Source: Chloroflexota bacterium
GTDB taxonomy: Bacteria; Chloroflexota; Dehalococcoidia; Lucifugimonadales; GCA-002723415
Direction: 5' to 3'
DNA: 64,000 nucleotides
Assembly: GCA_002723415.1 (NCBI GenBank)
Contig: PBOA01000009.1
Location: 23,258 to 87,257 of the forward strand
This document shows, piece by piece, positions 38,616 through 49,014 of the stretch. Position 1 is the stretch's first letter. Each line of letters begins with the position of its first letter. The position numbers and the translations under genes are program-made. Below the pieces are notes generated by a model that ran no database searches, was not told where the DNA came from, and saw only the letters and a list, made by a program, of their open reading frames with translations.

Positions 38616-40163
38616 ATGAGAGCACTTTTTAGTGTAAGCAATAAGAGTGGAATAGAAAATTTAGCAAAGCCTGTTATTAATTATGGTTTTAATATAATCA
38701 GTAGCGGAGGAACTTATTCATATCTAAAAGAAAAAAATTTTCAAGTACAAGAAGTTTCTGAATATACACAATCTTCGGAATTATTAGAGGGAAGAGTAAA
38801 AACTTTACACCCAATAATTCATGCAGGCATTTTAGCTAAGAGAGATTCTTTATCGCACATGTCGGAGTTGGAAGATAATCAAATAGGAAAAATTGATTTA
38901 GTTGTGGTTAATCTTTATCCATTTGTTGAAAAGGTTAATAATGGAGATAGCCATGAAAATATTATTGAAAATATTGATATTGGTGGGCCTACATTGATTC
39001 GAGCAGCTGCAAAAAATTTTAAAGATGTGATAATTATAGTTGATCCCGAAGACTATAATTGGATTGCCAAGAGATTTCTAGAATTTGATAAGAAAAGGGA
39101 TGTTTTAGAGATTCTTTCATATGAAGAAAGAAAGAATTTGGCTAAAAAGGCATTTCAACATGTCTCTGTTTATGATGCATCAATTTCAAGATACTTTTCT
39201 TCTTCAGAAGATGTATATATTTCTGAAGAATCATCCTTTGGCTTTAAAAAATCATTAAATTTAAGATATGGGGAAAACCCTCATCAAAAAGGTTCTTTAT
39301 ACAAAGATCCTTTAAGTAATACTGGTATAGCTAACGCAATTCAGTTAAATGGAAAAGAATTATCTTTTAATAATATATTAGATGCTGACGCGGCTTGGAA
39401 TATAGTTGCAGAATTTTCAGATTCATCAGTTGCAATTATTAAGCATGGCAATCCTTGTGGATTTTCAGTTAATAATAATCAATTAAATGCTTATAAGCTT
39501 GCATATTTAGGAGATTCGGTGTCAGCTTATGGAGGAATTATTGCTTTTAATAAAGAAGTTAGCACTGAATCTGCTTTGAGTATGATGGAAGTATTTTATG
39601 AAGTAGTTATTGCCCCTAGTTATTCTTTTGAAGCTCTAAATATTCTTAAATCCAAAAAAAATCTTAGAATATTACAAATGCCAAGACAGAATAAGGAGAA
39701 ATTTAATTTTCCAGATATAAAAATAATTAGTGGGGGCGCATTAATTCAAGGATTTGATACCTTAAAACAAGATCCCAGTGAATGGAATGTTGTAACAAAG
39801 TTGAAGCCTGATAAGAGGGAATTACAAGACTTACAATTAGCATGGAAGATAGTAAAACATATAAAATCTAATGGAATTGTGCTTGTAAAAGATAATTCTT
39901 TAATTGGAATGGGTGCAGGCCAACCAAACAGATTAAATAGTATTCAGCTAGCTATAAACGCTGCTGGAAGCAAATCAAAGGGGGCTGTGTTGGCTTCTGA
40001 TGCGTTTTTCCCATATAAAGACAATGTAGATTTAGCATTAAGTGGTGAAATCAGTTGTATTATACAGCCAGGAGGGTCTATTAGAGATAAGGAAGTCATT
40101 GATGCAGCAGATTTGGCAGGAATATCTATGGTGTTTACGGGAAAAAGGCATTTTAAACATTAA
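38616..40163 (+). CDS. purH: Bifunctional AICAR transformylase / IMP cyclohydrolase
   Basis: GRVKTLHP, ENIDIGGP, LRYGENPHQ, KHGNPCG, ASDAFFP. Confidence 0.97.
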   Translation: MRALFSVSNKSGIENLAKPVINYGFNIISSGGTYSYLKEKNFQVQEVSEYTQSSELLEGRVKTLHPIIHAGILAKRDSLSHMSELEDNQIGKIDLVVVNLYPFVEKVNNGDSHENIIENIDIGGPTLIRAAAKNFKDVIIIVDPEDYNWIAKRFLEFDKKRDVLEILSYEERKNLAKKAFQHVSVYDASISRYFSSSEDVYISEESSFGFKKSLNLRYGENPHQKGSLYKDPLSNTGIANAIQLNGKELSFNNILDADAAWNIVAEFSDSSVAIIKHGNPCGFSVNNNQLNAYKLAYLGDSVSAYGGIIAFNKEVSTESALSMMEVFYEVVIAPSYSFEALNILKSKKNLRILQMPRQNKEKFNFPDIKIISGGALIQGFDTLKQDPSEWNVVTKLKPDKRELQDLQLAWKIVKHIKSNGIVLVKDNSLIGMGAGQPNRLNSIQLAINAAGSKSKGAVLASDAFFPYKDNVDLALSGEISCIIQPGGSIRDKEVIDAADLAGISMVFTGKRHFKH

Positions 40164-40181
40164 TTGTTTATATAGTTTGAT

Positions 40182-40928
40182 ATGAAAAAATTAGACATTG
40201 TATTGCCAGTTTTAAATGAAGAAAATATTCTTAATAAAAATGTTGGTATTTTATATAAATTTCTGCAAAATAATTTATCCTCTTTAAATTGGAAAATTAT
40301 AATAACAGATAATGGATCGGTTGATCTAACTCAAAGATTTGGAGAAAAATTAGCTAAAGAAAATATTGAAATTGAATACCTTAGGCTTGAAGAAAGAGGT
40401 AGGGGAAGGGCATTAAAACACTCATGGGGTAATAGTAAAGCTGATTTAGTCTCGTACATGGATATAGATTTATCAACCAACCTCAGCCATTTTCCAGAAT
40501 TAGTCATGTCAATTTTATATGAGGATTACGATTTAGCTATAGGGTCTCGACTTCTTAACAATTCTCAAGTCCAAGGCAGAACTTTTTTTAGAGAAATTTG
40601 TTCTCGTGGTTATAGTTTTATTTTTAGAACTATGTTTAATACAAAATTCTATGATGCTCAATGTGGATTTAAGGTTTTAAATATATCTTCTATGAAGGAA
40701 ACTTTAAAAGTTGTGGAAGATAATGAATGGTTTTTTGATACTGAATTATTAATCATTGCTGAAAAAAACAGATATAAAATTAAAGAAATTGCGGTCGAAT
40801 GGGTTGACGACTCAGATTCCAGGGTAAATGTTTTAAAAACTATTTTTCAAGATTTGAAAGGTTTATTTAGGTTAAAATTTGGTGGGCTAAAAAAAGCATC
40901 ATTAAAGCTTAAAACGCATAAGGGTTAA
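40182..40928 (+). CDS. GT2 glycosyltransferase (polyprenol-phosphate glycosyltransferase-like)
   Basis: LPVLNEE, DNGSVD, YMDID, DAQCGFK, WFFDTELL. Confidence 0.88.
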   Translation: MKKLDIVLPVLNEENILNKNVGILYKFLQNNLSSLNWKIIITDNGSVDLTQRFGEKLAKENIEIEYLRLEERGRGRALKHSWGNSKADLVSYMDIDLSTNLSHFPELVMSILYEDYDLAIGSRLLNNSQVQGRTFFREICSRGYSFIFRTMFNTKFYDAQCGFKVLNISSMKETLKVVEDNEWFFDTELLIIAEKNRYKIKEIAVEWVDDSDSRVNVLKTIFQDLKGLFRLKFGGLKKASLKLKTHKG

Positions 40929-40991
40929 TGTTAAAACAATTTATATAGGATATAATTACATCTGATTAGAAATTAGAGATTGGAGTTAGGC

Positions 40992-41990
40992 ATGGTAAAC
41001 CCTGAATTCGAAATTAGGCCTTCAGTTCTAGTTGGTGATACGGCTGATATATCTCTTCAAAGAACTTTAACTGTTTTAAGAAATGAAGGATTAAATCCAA
41101 CTGTGGCTGTAGAATATTTTTCTAATAATAATGGGGTATTTTCTGGAATTAAAGAAGTTAAACTACTGTTAGCAAAAATACTACCAGAAGTAGGAGTAGA
41201 AGTCTGGGCTATAGATGAAGGTGAAAAAATGGAAAAAGGAGAAACAATTCTTAGAATTAAAGCTCCATACAGTTCGTTTGGTTTATATGATACTGCTATT
41301 TGCGGAACTCTTTCTTCAAGTAGTAACTGGGCTACTGCAGCAAGTAATTGTGTAGAAGTGGCAAAAGGCATACCGATAATTTGTACTGGATCTAAATATG
41401 TTCACCCGCTTGTTTCTTCAGGGTTAGATTATTCTTCAATAGTTGGAGGATGCTTAGCTTCTTCAACTATTCTAGGTTCAAGACTATCGGGATTGACCCC
41501 TTCTGGAGATATGCCACATTCTTTACCTTTATTATTTGGAGACACCTCAAAAGCTATGCAAGCCTTTGATAAACATATTCCTGTTGATGTTCCTAGAATC
41601 GCTTTAATTGATACTTTCAAAGATGAAACAGAGGAGTCAATTGCTGTTGCAACTTTGTTAAGAGAGAGGTTGAGAGGAGTTAGGCTAGATACTCCTTCAG
41701 AAAGAGGCGGTGTTACTCCTCAATTAGTGAAAGAGACAAGACTTCGCTTAGATCATGCAGGATTTAAGCATGTTGAAATTTTTGTTAGTGGCGGAATTAA
41801 TCCTGACAGAATAGTTGAGTTTGTTGATAATGATGCGCCAGTTAATACATTTACGGTTGGTTCTTATATAGCAAATTATACAGATATAAATTTTCATTCT
41901 GAAATTCATGAAATTGATGGCCGTCCTGTTGCAAAAAGAGGGAAGTTGCCTGGAATAAATGAGAATCCAAAATTAGGTCAAATAATGTAA
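40992..41990 (+). CDS. Nicotinate phosphoribosyltransferase-like type II PRTase, divergent active site
   Basis: MPH, LIDTF, VRLDTPSERGG, VSGGI, AKRG motifs; ATG 40992 preferred over TTG 40980. Confidence 0.85.
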   Translation: MVNPEFEIRPSVLVGDTADISLQRTLTVLRNEGLNPTVAVEYFSNNNGVFSGIKEVKLLLAKILPEVGVEVWAIDEGEKMEKGETILRIKAPYSSFGLYDTAICGTLSSSSNWATAASNCVEVAKGIPIICTGSKYVHPLVSSGLDYSSIVGGCLASSTILGSRLSGLTPSGDMPHSLPLLFGDTSKAMQAFDKHIPVDVPRIALIDTFKDETEESIAVATLLRERLRGVRLDTPSERGGVTPQLVKETRLRLDHAGFKHVEIFVSGGINPDRIVEFVDNDAPVNTFTVGSYIANYTDINFHSEIHEIDGRPVAKRGKLPGINENPKLGQIM

Positions 41991-41996
41991 CAGTTA

Positions 41997-43454
41997 TCAC
42001 TTAATATTTCGAGATATCTTAATTAATAGTTGCTTTTTTGTTAAATCATTAGTTTTATATAATTCTGATATTCTATAACCTACAACCCAGGCAATATTAT
42101 TTCCACAAAGAATTAGAGGTATAGAGTCTCTAATTCTTTGTGGAATTTTTAAATTGGTCATAAAGTCTTGTAATTTTTGGTTGTTTTTCATTCCTAGTGG
42201 TTGAAAACGATCACCTGAAATCCTTGTTCTTACATATATATTTTGCTTTTTTTCAGAACAATCCAATCCAATAGAGTATTCAATTTTACCTAATTGTTTG
42301 TTTTGAGTTTCTCTAAATATATATTTGTCTTTCTGGTTTGTGTATTCAGTTTCAATGGTCCAGTCTTTTAACATCGTTTTGCCGGGTGTTTGAACAATAT
42401 ATTTTTTATTAATATAGGGAAATTTATCACTATCAGTTTTGTTTTTAAAAATTTGACATATTTCGTAATCAACATAAAAAATCCAGCCATTTTTTAAATT
42501 TAAATATTGGCCAGGTTTCGAATTTATTATTTTAATCATAGGTTCTATATGATTAAAATATATATTAGAGGATTCTCCAGTTATCTTAGATATTAATTTA
42601 ATTAGTATTTTTCTTTGTATAGCATAATCTAATGCTTGGAAATCCTTTTTTTTAATATAAGCTGTATGATTTTTAATTTCTGTAGTTTTATTTAAATATT
42701 TATTTGTTTCCTTGTTTATATAATTAATATCTGAGGAGGCTATTTCAGAAAGTCTTTTTATAGATTTATTAATTGAGGGATTAAAATTTTTTTGTAAAAA
42801 AGGGATTAAGTCTAATCTAATTTTATTTCTTGTGAAATAATTAGAATAATTTGTAGAATCTTCTTGAAATTCAATATTATTTTTTAAACAATAATTTGAA
42901 TTTTCTAAATGTGTAAAGTGCAATAATGGACGAAAAATTTTGATAGAATTATAAGGACTTTTTTGATTACTCATAGGCTTCATGCCTGATAATCCTTCAA
43001 GCCCAGTGCCTCTTATTATATTCATCAATATTGTCTCTATGTTGTCATTAAAATTATGCCCTAATGCTATAGATTTTGCTCCAATCTGATTAGCAACAGA
43101 ATTTAGAAATTTATATCTGAATTCGCGCAAAATATTTTCATTAATAGTTGATTTATGTAGAGTTGATTTATCCAATTCTCCAATTGTAATAGGGAGGTTT
43201 AACTTACTTGCAAGTTTATTTACAAATTTAACATCATTTAGTGACTCAAGTTTTCTTTGATTATGATTAAAATGAGCAATATGTAAAGTTAGATCGAATT
43301 TGTCCTTAATTGAATATAATGAATGTAGCATTGCTGTGGAATCAGGTCCTCCTGATAAAGCAATAACTATTACCTTACCTAGGGATTCATAATATTTGGT
43401 TATATTTTCTGTTACTGATGTATTAATTTTATAAATAATTTTATCTTTATTCAT
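41997..43454 (-). CDS. tilS: tRNA(Ile)-lysidine synthetase
   Basis: ALSGGPDS, HFNH, GHNFND, RPLL, RNKIR, C-terminal GDRF/KKLQD-type domain. Confidence 0.95.
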   Translation of the reverse strand: MNKDKIIYKINTSVTENITKYYESLGKVIVIALSGGPDSTAMLHSLYSIKDKFDLTLHIAHFNHNQRKLESLNDVKFVNKLASKLNLPITIGELDKSTLHKSTINENILREFRYKFLNSVANQIGAKSIALGHNFNDNIETILMNIIRGTGLEGLSGMKPMSNQKSPYNSIKIFRPLLHFTHLENSNYCLKNNIEFQEDSTNYSNYFTRNKIRLDLIPFLQKNFNPSINKSIKRLSEIASSDINYINKETNKYLNKTTEIKNHTAYIKKKDFQALDYAIQRKILIKLISKITGESSNIYFNHIEPMIKIINSKPGQYLNLKNGWIFYVDYEICQIFKNKTDSDKFPYINKKYIVQTPGKTMLKDWTIETEYTNQKDKYIFRETQNKQLGKIEYSIGLDCSEKKQNIYVRTRISGDRFQPLGMKNNQKLQDFMTNLKIPQRIRDSIPLILCGNNIAWVVGYRISELYKTNDLTKKQLLIKISRNIK

Positions 43455-43470
43455 AATTTTTTAAATAAAT

Positions 43471-44751
43471 CTAGTTTAATTTTTCATACTTATAAATTTT
43501 TGATTTAGAGATTTGTAATGTTTCAATTTTTAGATTTTTCATTGTTATTATTTCAATTTTTAAGTTTTTATAACTTAGTTGTTGGCCTTCATTTGGGATT
43601 TTACCTAATATATTTAATACAAATCCAGCTACAGTTTCATAATCGCCTTCAGGTAAAGATATTTTCATTTGTTCATTGGCTTCTTCTAAGCTTATACCTC
43701 CATCAACCTGAAATGTATTTTTATCTATTGTTTCAACTTCTTCTTCTGGTCCATGGCCCTCTTCTCCTACAGGCCCCATTACTTCTTCAACTAATTCTTT
43801 TAAACTAACTAAACCTGCTATGCCTCCAAATTCATCTATTGCAATTGCAATTTGATTTCCAGTTTGACGTAATTCATTGAAAAGCTCAGCTATTCTTTTT
43901 GTTTCTGGAACAAAAAATACATCTCTAATAGAATCAGTTACAGATTCTTCAAGATTTATACTTTTGTTAGCCATTGCTTTTAGTATGTCTTTTGTTGAAA
44001 TAATTCCAATTATATTATCAACAGATTCTTTAAATATAGGAAATCTTGTATGTGGGTAACTTTTATATACTGATAAAAATTTATTTAGAGTTGTACCTCT
44101 CTTAATTGAAATTATTTCAGTTCTAGGCGTCATTACTTCTCTAACTTGTCTATCTCCAAATCGAAATACATTTTCAAGCATTTCAGCTTCACTTGACTCA
44201 AAAGTTCCTTCAGCTTCCCCTATATCTATTAAAGTTCGCAATTCTCCTTCAGTGATTGATATATTTGAAACACTACCAAAAAATGATCCTATATGCTTAC
44301 TTAACCAATGTAAAATTGTAACAATAGGCTTAAATGCCCATTGGGTTAATATTAATGGGTTTGCATAAATAAAGGCTATTTTTTCAGAATGTCTTAAGGC
44401 TAATGATTTTGGAATAGTTTCACCAAATACTAAAAGGCATATTGTTCCTAATAAAGTGGCAATAATAACACCAAATGCTTCACCTATTTTATCTACTATA
44501 ATTGCGGTTACTATTGCCGCAAACGCAACGTTGACAAGGTTGTTTGCAAGTAAAATTGTAAATAGTAAGTTTTCGGGAGTTTGAATCATTTTTGAAACTT
44601 TAATAGCGGAAAGGTGGCCTGTTGAAGCTAAATGGGAAATTCTAGACTTTTGTAGAGATAGATATGCTGCTTCAGCACTTGAGAAAAATGCTGAAAGAAA
44701 AATACAAAATATTGATAAAGATATTAATCCCCATGTTTCATTTCCTGACAT
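43471..44751 (-). CDS. CNNM/CorC (hemolysin-family) transporter: DUF21 + CBS pair + CorC_HlyC
   Basis: FFSSAEAA, GETIPKS, VMTPR, HTRFP, IDEFGG, YETVAGF. Confidence 0.92.
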   Translation of the reverse strand: MSGNETWGLISLSIFCIFLSAFFSSAEAAYLSLQKSRISHLASTGHLSAIKVSKMIQTPENLLFTILLANNLVNVAFAAIVTAIIVDKIGEAFGVIIATLLGTICLLVFGETIPKSLALRHSEKIAFIYANPLILTQWAFKPIVTILHWLSKHIGSFFGSVSNISITEGELRTLIDIGEAEGTFESSEAEMLENVFRFGDRQVREVMTPRTEIISIKRGTTLNKFLSVYKSYPHTRFPIFKESVDNIIGIISTKDILKAMANKSINLEESVTDSIRDVFFVPETKRIAELFNELRQTGNQIAIAIDEFGGIAGLVSLKELVEEVMGPVGEEGHGPEEEVETIDKNTFQVDGGISLEEANEQMKISLPEGDYETVAGFVLNILGKIPNEGQQLSYKNLKIEIITMKNLKIETLQISKSKIYKYEKLN

Positions 44752-44899
44752 GCATTTCTCCTTTTATTTTATTAATACTTATAAATATATTTTTTGAACA
44801 TATCATTAAAATAAGTAAATTATATAATAACAAATAACAATGCTGAAAATATTTTTGAATTAAGCTAGGGTTTTATTGCTAAATAGTTAATAAAATAGC

Positions 44900-45889
44900 T
44901 TAAGTCAGGATTTTTTCTTTAACTAAAGATTCTATTTCTTTTGTGATTTCTGGGTTGTTCTTTAGAAATGCTTTGCTGTTTTCTCTGCCTTGACCTAACT
45001 TTGTTTCTCCAAATGAATAAAATGCACCACTTTTGTTTATTATTTTTGATTCAGTTCCTAAATCTAATAAATCTCCGGTTTTGCTAATTCCTTCGTTAAA
45101 CATTATGTCAAATTCAGCTAATCTAAAAGGAGGGGCAACTTTATTTTTAACAATTTTAGCTTTTACTCTGTTTCCGATTACATCAGTGCCTTGCTTGAGG
45201 GATTCAATTCTTCTAAGGTCAATTCTTACAGAGCTATAGAATTTTAAGGCTCTGCCTCCAGGAGTTACTTCAGGGTTGCCGAAAAAAACACCAACTTTTT
45301 CTCGTATTTGATTAATAAATATTACTGCTGTATTTGAGCGGCTAATTGCTGCTGTTAATTTTCTGAGACCTTGAGACATTAATCTTGCTTGTAACCCAAC
45401 ATGTGAATCGCCCATATCCCCCTCTAATTCTGCTTTAGGTACCATTGCAGCAACACTATCAACAACTAGTATATCTAGTGCTCCACTTCTAACTAAATAT
45501 TCACAAATTTCTAGGCTTTGTTCTGCTGTATCTGGTTGTGAAACTAGTAGTTCATCAATATTTACTCCACACTTTTTTGCATACAGTGGATCCATTGCGT
45601 GCTCAGCGTCTATATAAGCTGCGTATCCATTTACGCGCTGGGCTTCAGCCATGAAATGATATGCCAAAGTTGTTTTTCCTGAGGATTCGTTGCCAAATAT
45701 TTCTGTTATTCTACCTTTAGGAACGCCGCCAATACCTAAAGCTGAGTCTAGAGAAATTGATCCACTTGGTATAGATTGGACTGCAGGGTCTTGGTTTTCA
45801 TCACCCATTTTCATTACTGCGCCACTGCCAAAATGTCTGTCTATTTGACTTATAGCTAATTCAAGAGCTTTGGCTTTATCATTATTCAT
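44900..45889 (-). CDS. recA: Recombinase A
   Basis: [35 protein letters not shown]. Confidence 0.99.
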   Translation of the reverse strand: MNNDKAKALELAISQIDRHFGSGAVMKMGDENQDPAVQSIPSGSISLDSALGIGGVPKGRITEIFGNESSGKTTLAYHFMAEAQRVNGYAAYIDAEHAMDPLYAKKCGVNIDELLVSQPDTAEQSLEICEYLVRSGALDILVVDSVAAMVPKAELEGDMGDSHVGLQARLMSQGLRKLTAAISRSNTAVIFINQIREKVGVFFGNPEVTPGGRALKFYSSVRIDLRRIESLKQGTDVIGNRVKAKIVKNKVAPPFRLAEFDIMFNEGISKTGDLLDLGTESKIINKSGAFYSFGETKLGQGRENSKAFLKNNPEITKEIESLVKEKILT

Positions 45890-45994
45890 TAAGGTCCTTC
45901 CGTATAACTTAAATATAAAGCTTCTATTATTTAAGTTAAGCTATAAATTACAATTGAAAATGTTTTTATTCTATCATAGAAATATATAAATTTA

Positions 45995-46008
45995 AACACA
46001 TTTGTTCT
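45995..46008 (-). promoter_or_regulatory. Possible LexA (GAAC-N4-GTTC type) SOS box upstream of recA
   Basis: Minus strand AGAAC-AAAT-GTGTT: one perfect half-site, the other with two mismatches; about 105 bp before the recA start. Confidence 0.4.
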
Positions 46009-46053
46009 ATTTTTATTTAATTTTGTAAATTAATAACCAAATTTATATTCGCA

Positions 46054-46062
46054 TGTTATAAT
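46054..46062 (+). promoter_or_regulatory. Extended -10 promoter element upstream of rplY
   Basis: TGTTATAAT (TGnTATAAT) about 50 bp before the start; no clear -35. Confidence 0.5.
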
Positions 46063-46111
46063 GATTATTTGATTAAATAAAATTTAAAAGAAAGCCCTAT
46101 TGGAGCTGAGG

Positions 46112-46762
46112 ATGTCTATATTAAAATTAAAAGCTGAAAATCGAGTTATTACGGGTAAAAAAGTAAAAAAATTGCGTCAAGATGGCAATATACCCGTACA
46201 TATGTATGGTAATAAGGAAGCTTCAAAAAATTTGAGTATTGAGAAAAAAGTAATTGATGCATTATTGGCAAACACTGGTCAAAATGTAGCTATTTCTTTA
46301 GAAATTAATGGTGAAAATGGTGAAAATGTTTGTTTGATTCGAGATGTTCAGAGACACCCTGTAACTGAGGAAGTTTTACATATTGACTTTTTAAAAGTAG
46401 ATTTAAATAAAAAAATTCAAGTCAATATTCCGATTTCAATAATAGGTACTGCCTCTGCAGTATGGCAATTGGGAGGAACATTATTGCAGTCTTTGCAATC
46501 AATATCTGTTCAAATTTTACCTTTAAACATTCCAGAAAAATTTGAATTAGACATTTCTTCGTTGAATACTTTTGAAGATTCTTTATTTGTAAAAGATGTG
46601 AAAATTGACAAAGGAATTGATGTTAATGATGATTTGGAAATTTTAGTTGCGCGAGTGATGCCTCCTAGAGTTGAAGAAGATATTCAAACTCAGGAAGAAG
46701 AAGTGGGTGCTGCTGAAGTTCCTGTCGTAGAGGGTGAAACTGAACCAGAGCCAGAGCAATAA
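46112..46762 (+). CDS. rplY: 50S ribosomal protein bL25/Ctc (long form)
   Basis: KKLRQDGNIPVHMYG, VQRHPV, HIDF, C-terminal TL5 domain with acidic tail. Confidence 0.93.
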   Translation: MSILKLKAENRVITGKKVKKLRQDGNIPVHMYGNKEASKNLSIEKKVIDALLANTGQNVAISLEINGENGENVCLIRDVQRHPVTEEVLHIDFLKVDLNKKIQVNIPISIIGTASAVWQLGGTLLQSLQSISVQILPLNIPEKFELDISSLNTFEDSLFVKDVKIDKGIDVNDDLEILVARVMPPRVEEDIQTQEEEVGAAEVPVVEGETEPEPEQ

Positions 46763-46820
46763 TTATTTTATTTGGTATTTAGAAAATTATTACTGGTTCA
46801 AAATAATCCCTAATCCAGGT

Positions 46821-47921
46821 TTATTCCACTTTATAAGGTGCTAATGTATTCCATTTAGGTTTTAATCCAAGACCAGGTAAATCTGGTGCGTAGACATATC
46901 CATCTTTAATAGTTAATTCGTGCTCCCATATCTTTCCATGCATTGGATCTACAGAATCTCTGTAATATTCCAAGATTAATCCGTTTGGTATAGCTGCGAC
47001 AAGATGTATATGTACCTCTTGTGCTCCATGCGGGGCAATATCTAAGTCATTTGCCTGAGCTAATGCGGCTACTTTCATATACTCAGTAATACCACCCAAA
47101 ATAAGTGCGTCCGGTTGAAGTATATCGACGGCTCTAGCATTTATCATATCGCGGAATCCATAACGAGTATATTCATTTTCACCTGCGGCGATTGGAATTG
47201 AGGTGGCACGTGTGATTTCAGCTTGCCCAATATAATCGTCAGGTTCTACGGGCTCTTCGAACCAAAATAGATCGTATTTTTCTGCTTTTCTAGCAAACTC
47301 TATTGCTTGATAATGTCTATATGCATTATTTGCATCAACCATTAACCTTACATCTGGTCCGATAGCATCTCTACAGACTCTAATCCGTTCAATATCTTCG
47401 TTAATTGATACGGCACCAACTTTAATTTTAACTGCTCTTGCACCTAAATTAACGTTGTCTTCCATTTCTTTGGCAAGTTCTTTAAGTCCTTTTCCTTCTT
47501 CGTAGTACCCTCCTGCTATGTATGTGTCTACTTTATTTGTGAATCCACCGAGCATTTTATATACAGGCATATTAGCAATTTTACCTTTTATGTCCCATAG
47601 AGCAATGTCAATGCCTGCAATAATTCTAGTGGAAATACCTCTTCGGCCGACGAGTTTTGGTCTCCACATAGTGTGCCAAAGTGCTTCATTATTAAGTGGG
47701 TCTTGATCTATAAGCCCTTTTTTAAAATGTTCAATAAATGAAGCCCCTACTTTCGGTGAGGATTCAATACCACCTGCTAATCCAATCCCCTGAATATCTG
47801 GGTCATCAGTGTCTATTACAACAATGTTTAGTAGATTATGCGTATATGTATATAGTCCATTTGTAATAGGAACTGTTCTTGGCCATTTAAACATTTCCAA
47901 ACGTACGTCAGTAATTTTCAT
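46821..47921 (-). CDS. Mandelate racemase / muconate lactonizing (enolase superfamily) enzyme
   Basis: DIALWDI, KIKVG (KxK), VDAN, WFEEP, AGEN, QPD, APH. Confidence 0.92.
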   Translation of the reverse strand: MKITDVRLEMFKWPRTVPITNGLYTYTHNLLNIVVIDTDDPDIQGIGLAGGIESSPKVGASFIEHFKKGLIDQDPLNNEALWHTMWRPKLVGRRGISTRIIAGIDIALWDIKGKIANMPVYKMLGGFTNKVDTYIAGGYYEEGKGLKELAKEMEDNVNLGARAVKIKVGAVSINEDIERIRVCRDAIGPDVRLMVDANNAYRHYQAIEFARKAEKYDLFWFEEPVEPDDYIGQAEITRATSIPIAAGENEYTRYGFRDMINARAVDILQPDALILGGITEYMKVAALAQANDLDIAPHGAQEVHIHLVAAIPNGLILEYYRDSVDPMHGKIWEHELTIKDGYVYAPDLPGLGLKPKWNTLAPYKVE

Positions 47922-48087
47922 TCTGAGCTTTTCCTTTATTTATTATTTAAGCTAGTATTAATAAATATATGTGAAGCATATATAATATATTTAAATAATA
48001 ATATACACCAATTTAAAAAGAAAAAATAATTTTTATAAGACTAGTTTATAGTGTTTTTTTATTTAGTTGTTATTGGAATTTTATTTT

Positions 48088-49014
48088 ATGAAAAATAATT
48101 TAATAAAATATATTTACTTATTAAGTTTAATAATAATTTTTTTGTCTTGTAACAGTAATACAATACAAAATGAAAATATTGATTTTATAAATAAGGATAG
48201 TTTTTCGGTTAATGTTCCATCAAACAACAAAGACAGTAATATAAATATACATTGGGCAACTACTGATATAAGTATTGGCAAAAACAGAATAGCTTTTGCG
48301 TTAACAGAAGAATCTGAGGGGTTTTTGAAAGATTATGAAGTAATAGTTTCTTCTTTTTATTTGTCTAATAATAAAAATTCATTAATTCATGAAATTGTTA
48401 GAGCTAGTTATTATGATTGGCCTCATAGTAGAGGGATTTATGTGGCAAATATGGATTTTGACAAATCTGGTTCATGGGGAATCGCAATTTCAGTTAGTAA
48501 TACACAAATAACAGGAGAATTAACCACTGCTTTAACTGTTAATGATGAAAGTAAAACTCCGTCTTTAAATTCTAAAGCTTTAATGAGTATAAACAAAGTT
48601 AACATTTCAGAAGACAATTTAAGTAATATTACATCAGACTTAAATCCAGACCCAGAACTATATTCCTTAACTATATCTGAAGCCATTAAATCTGAGAAAC
48701 CTTTATTAGTAGTTTTTGCAAGTCCTGGGTACTGTATTACAAAAACATGTGGACCTCAAGTAGATATTTTAAAGGAGTTAAAAGATAAGTATAAGAATGA
48801 AATGAATTTTATTCATATAGATGTGTATGACAACCTAGATCAAATTAAAGGTAATTTAGAACAAGCACGCATTAGTCAGGTAGTTTTAGACTGGGGATTG
48901 CCAAGTGAACCATGGTCTTTTTTGATAAATTCAAAAGGAATTATAGTAGGTAAATTTGAAGGTTTTATAAGTGAAGAAGAATTAAGCCAGAATATTCAAT
49001 TGGTAATCAGATGA
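48088..49014 (+). CDS. Lipoprotein with C-terminal thioredoxin-like fold (CX4C)
   Basis: Lipobox FLSC (Cys21); FASPGYCITKTCGP; LPSEPWSFLIN...GIIVGKFEG. Confidence 0.7.
   Translation: MKNNLIKYIYLLSLIIIFLSCNSNTIQNENIDFINKDSFSVNVPSNNKDSNINIHWATTDISIGKNRIAFALTEESEGFLKDYEVIVSSFYLSNNKNSLIHEIVRASYYDWPHSRGIYVANMDFDKSGSWGIAISVSNTQITGELTTALTVNDESKTPSLNSKALMSINKVNISEDNLSNITSDLNPDPELYSLTISEAIKSEKPLLVVFASPGYCITKTCGPQVDILKELKDKYKNEMNFIHIDVYDNLDQIKGNLEQARISQVVLDWGLPSEPWSFLINSKGIIVGKFEGFISEEELSQNIQLVIR

Noticed and set aside
43471-44751. Hemolysin virulence factor
   Set aside because: The architecture is the ubiquitous CNNM/CorC Mg2+ transporter family
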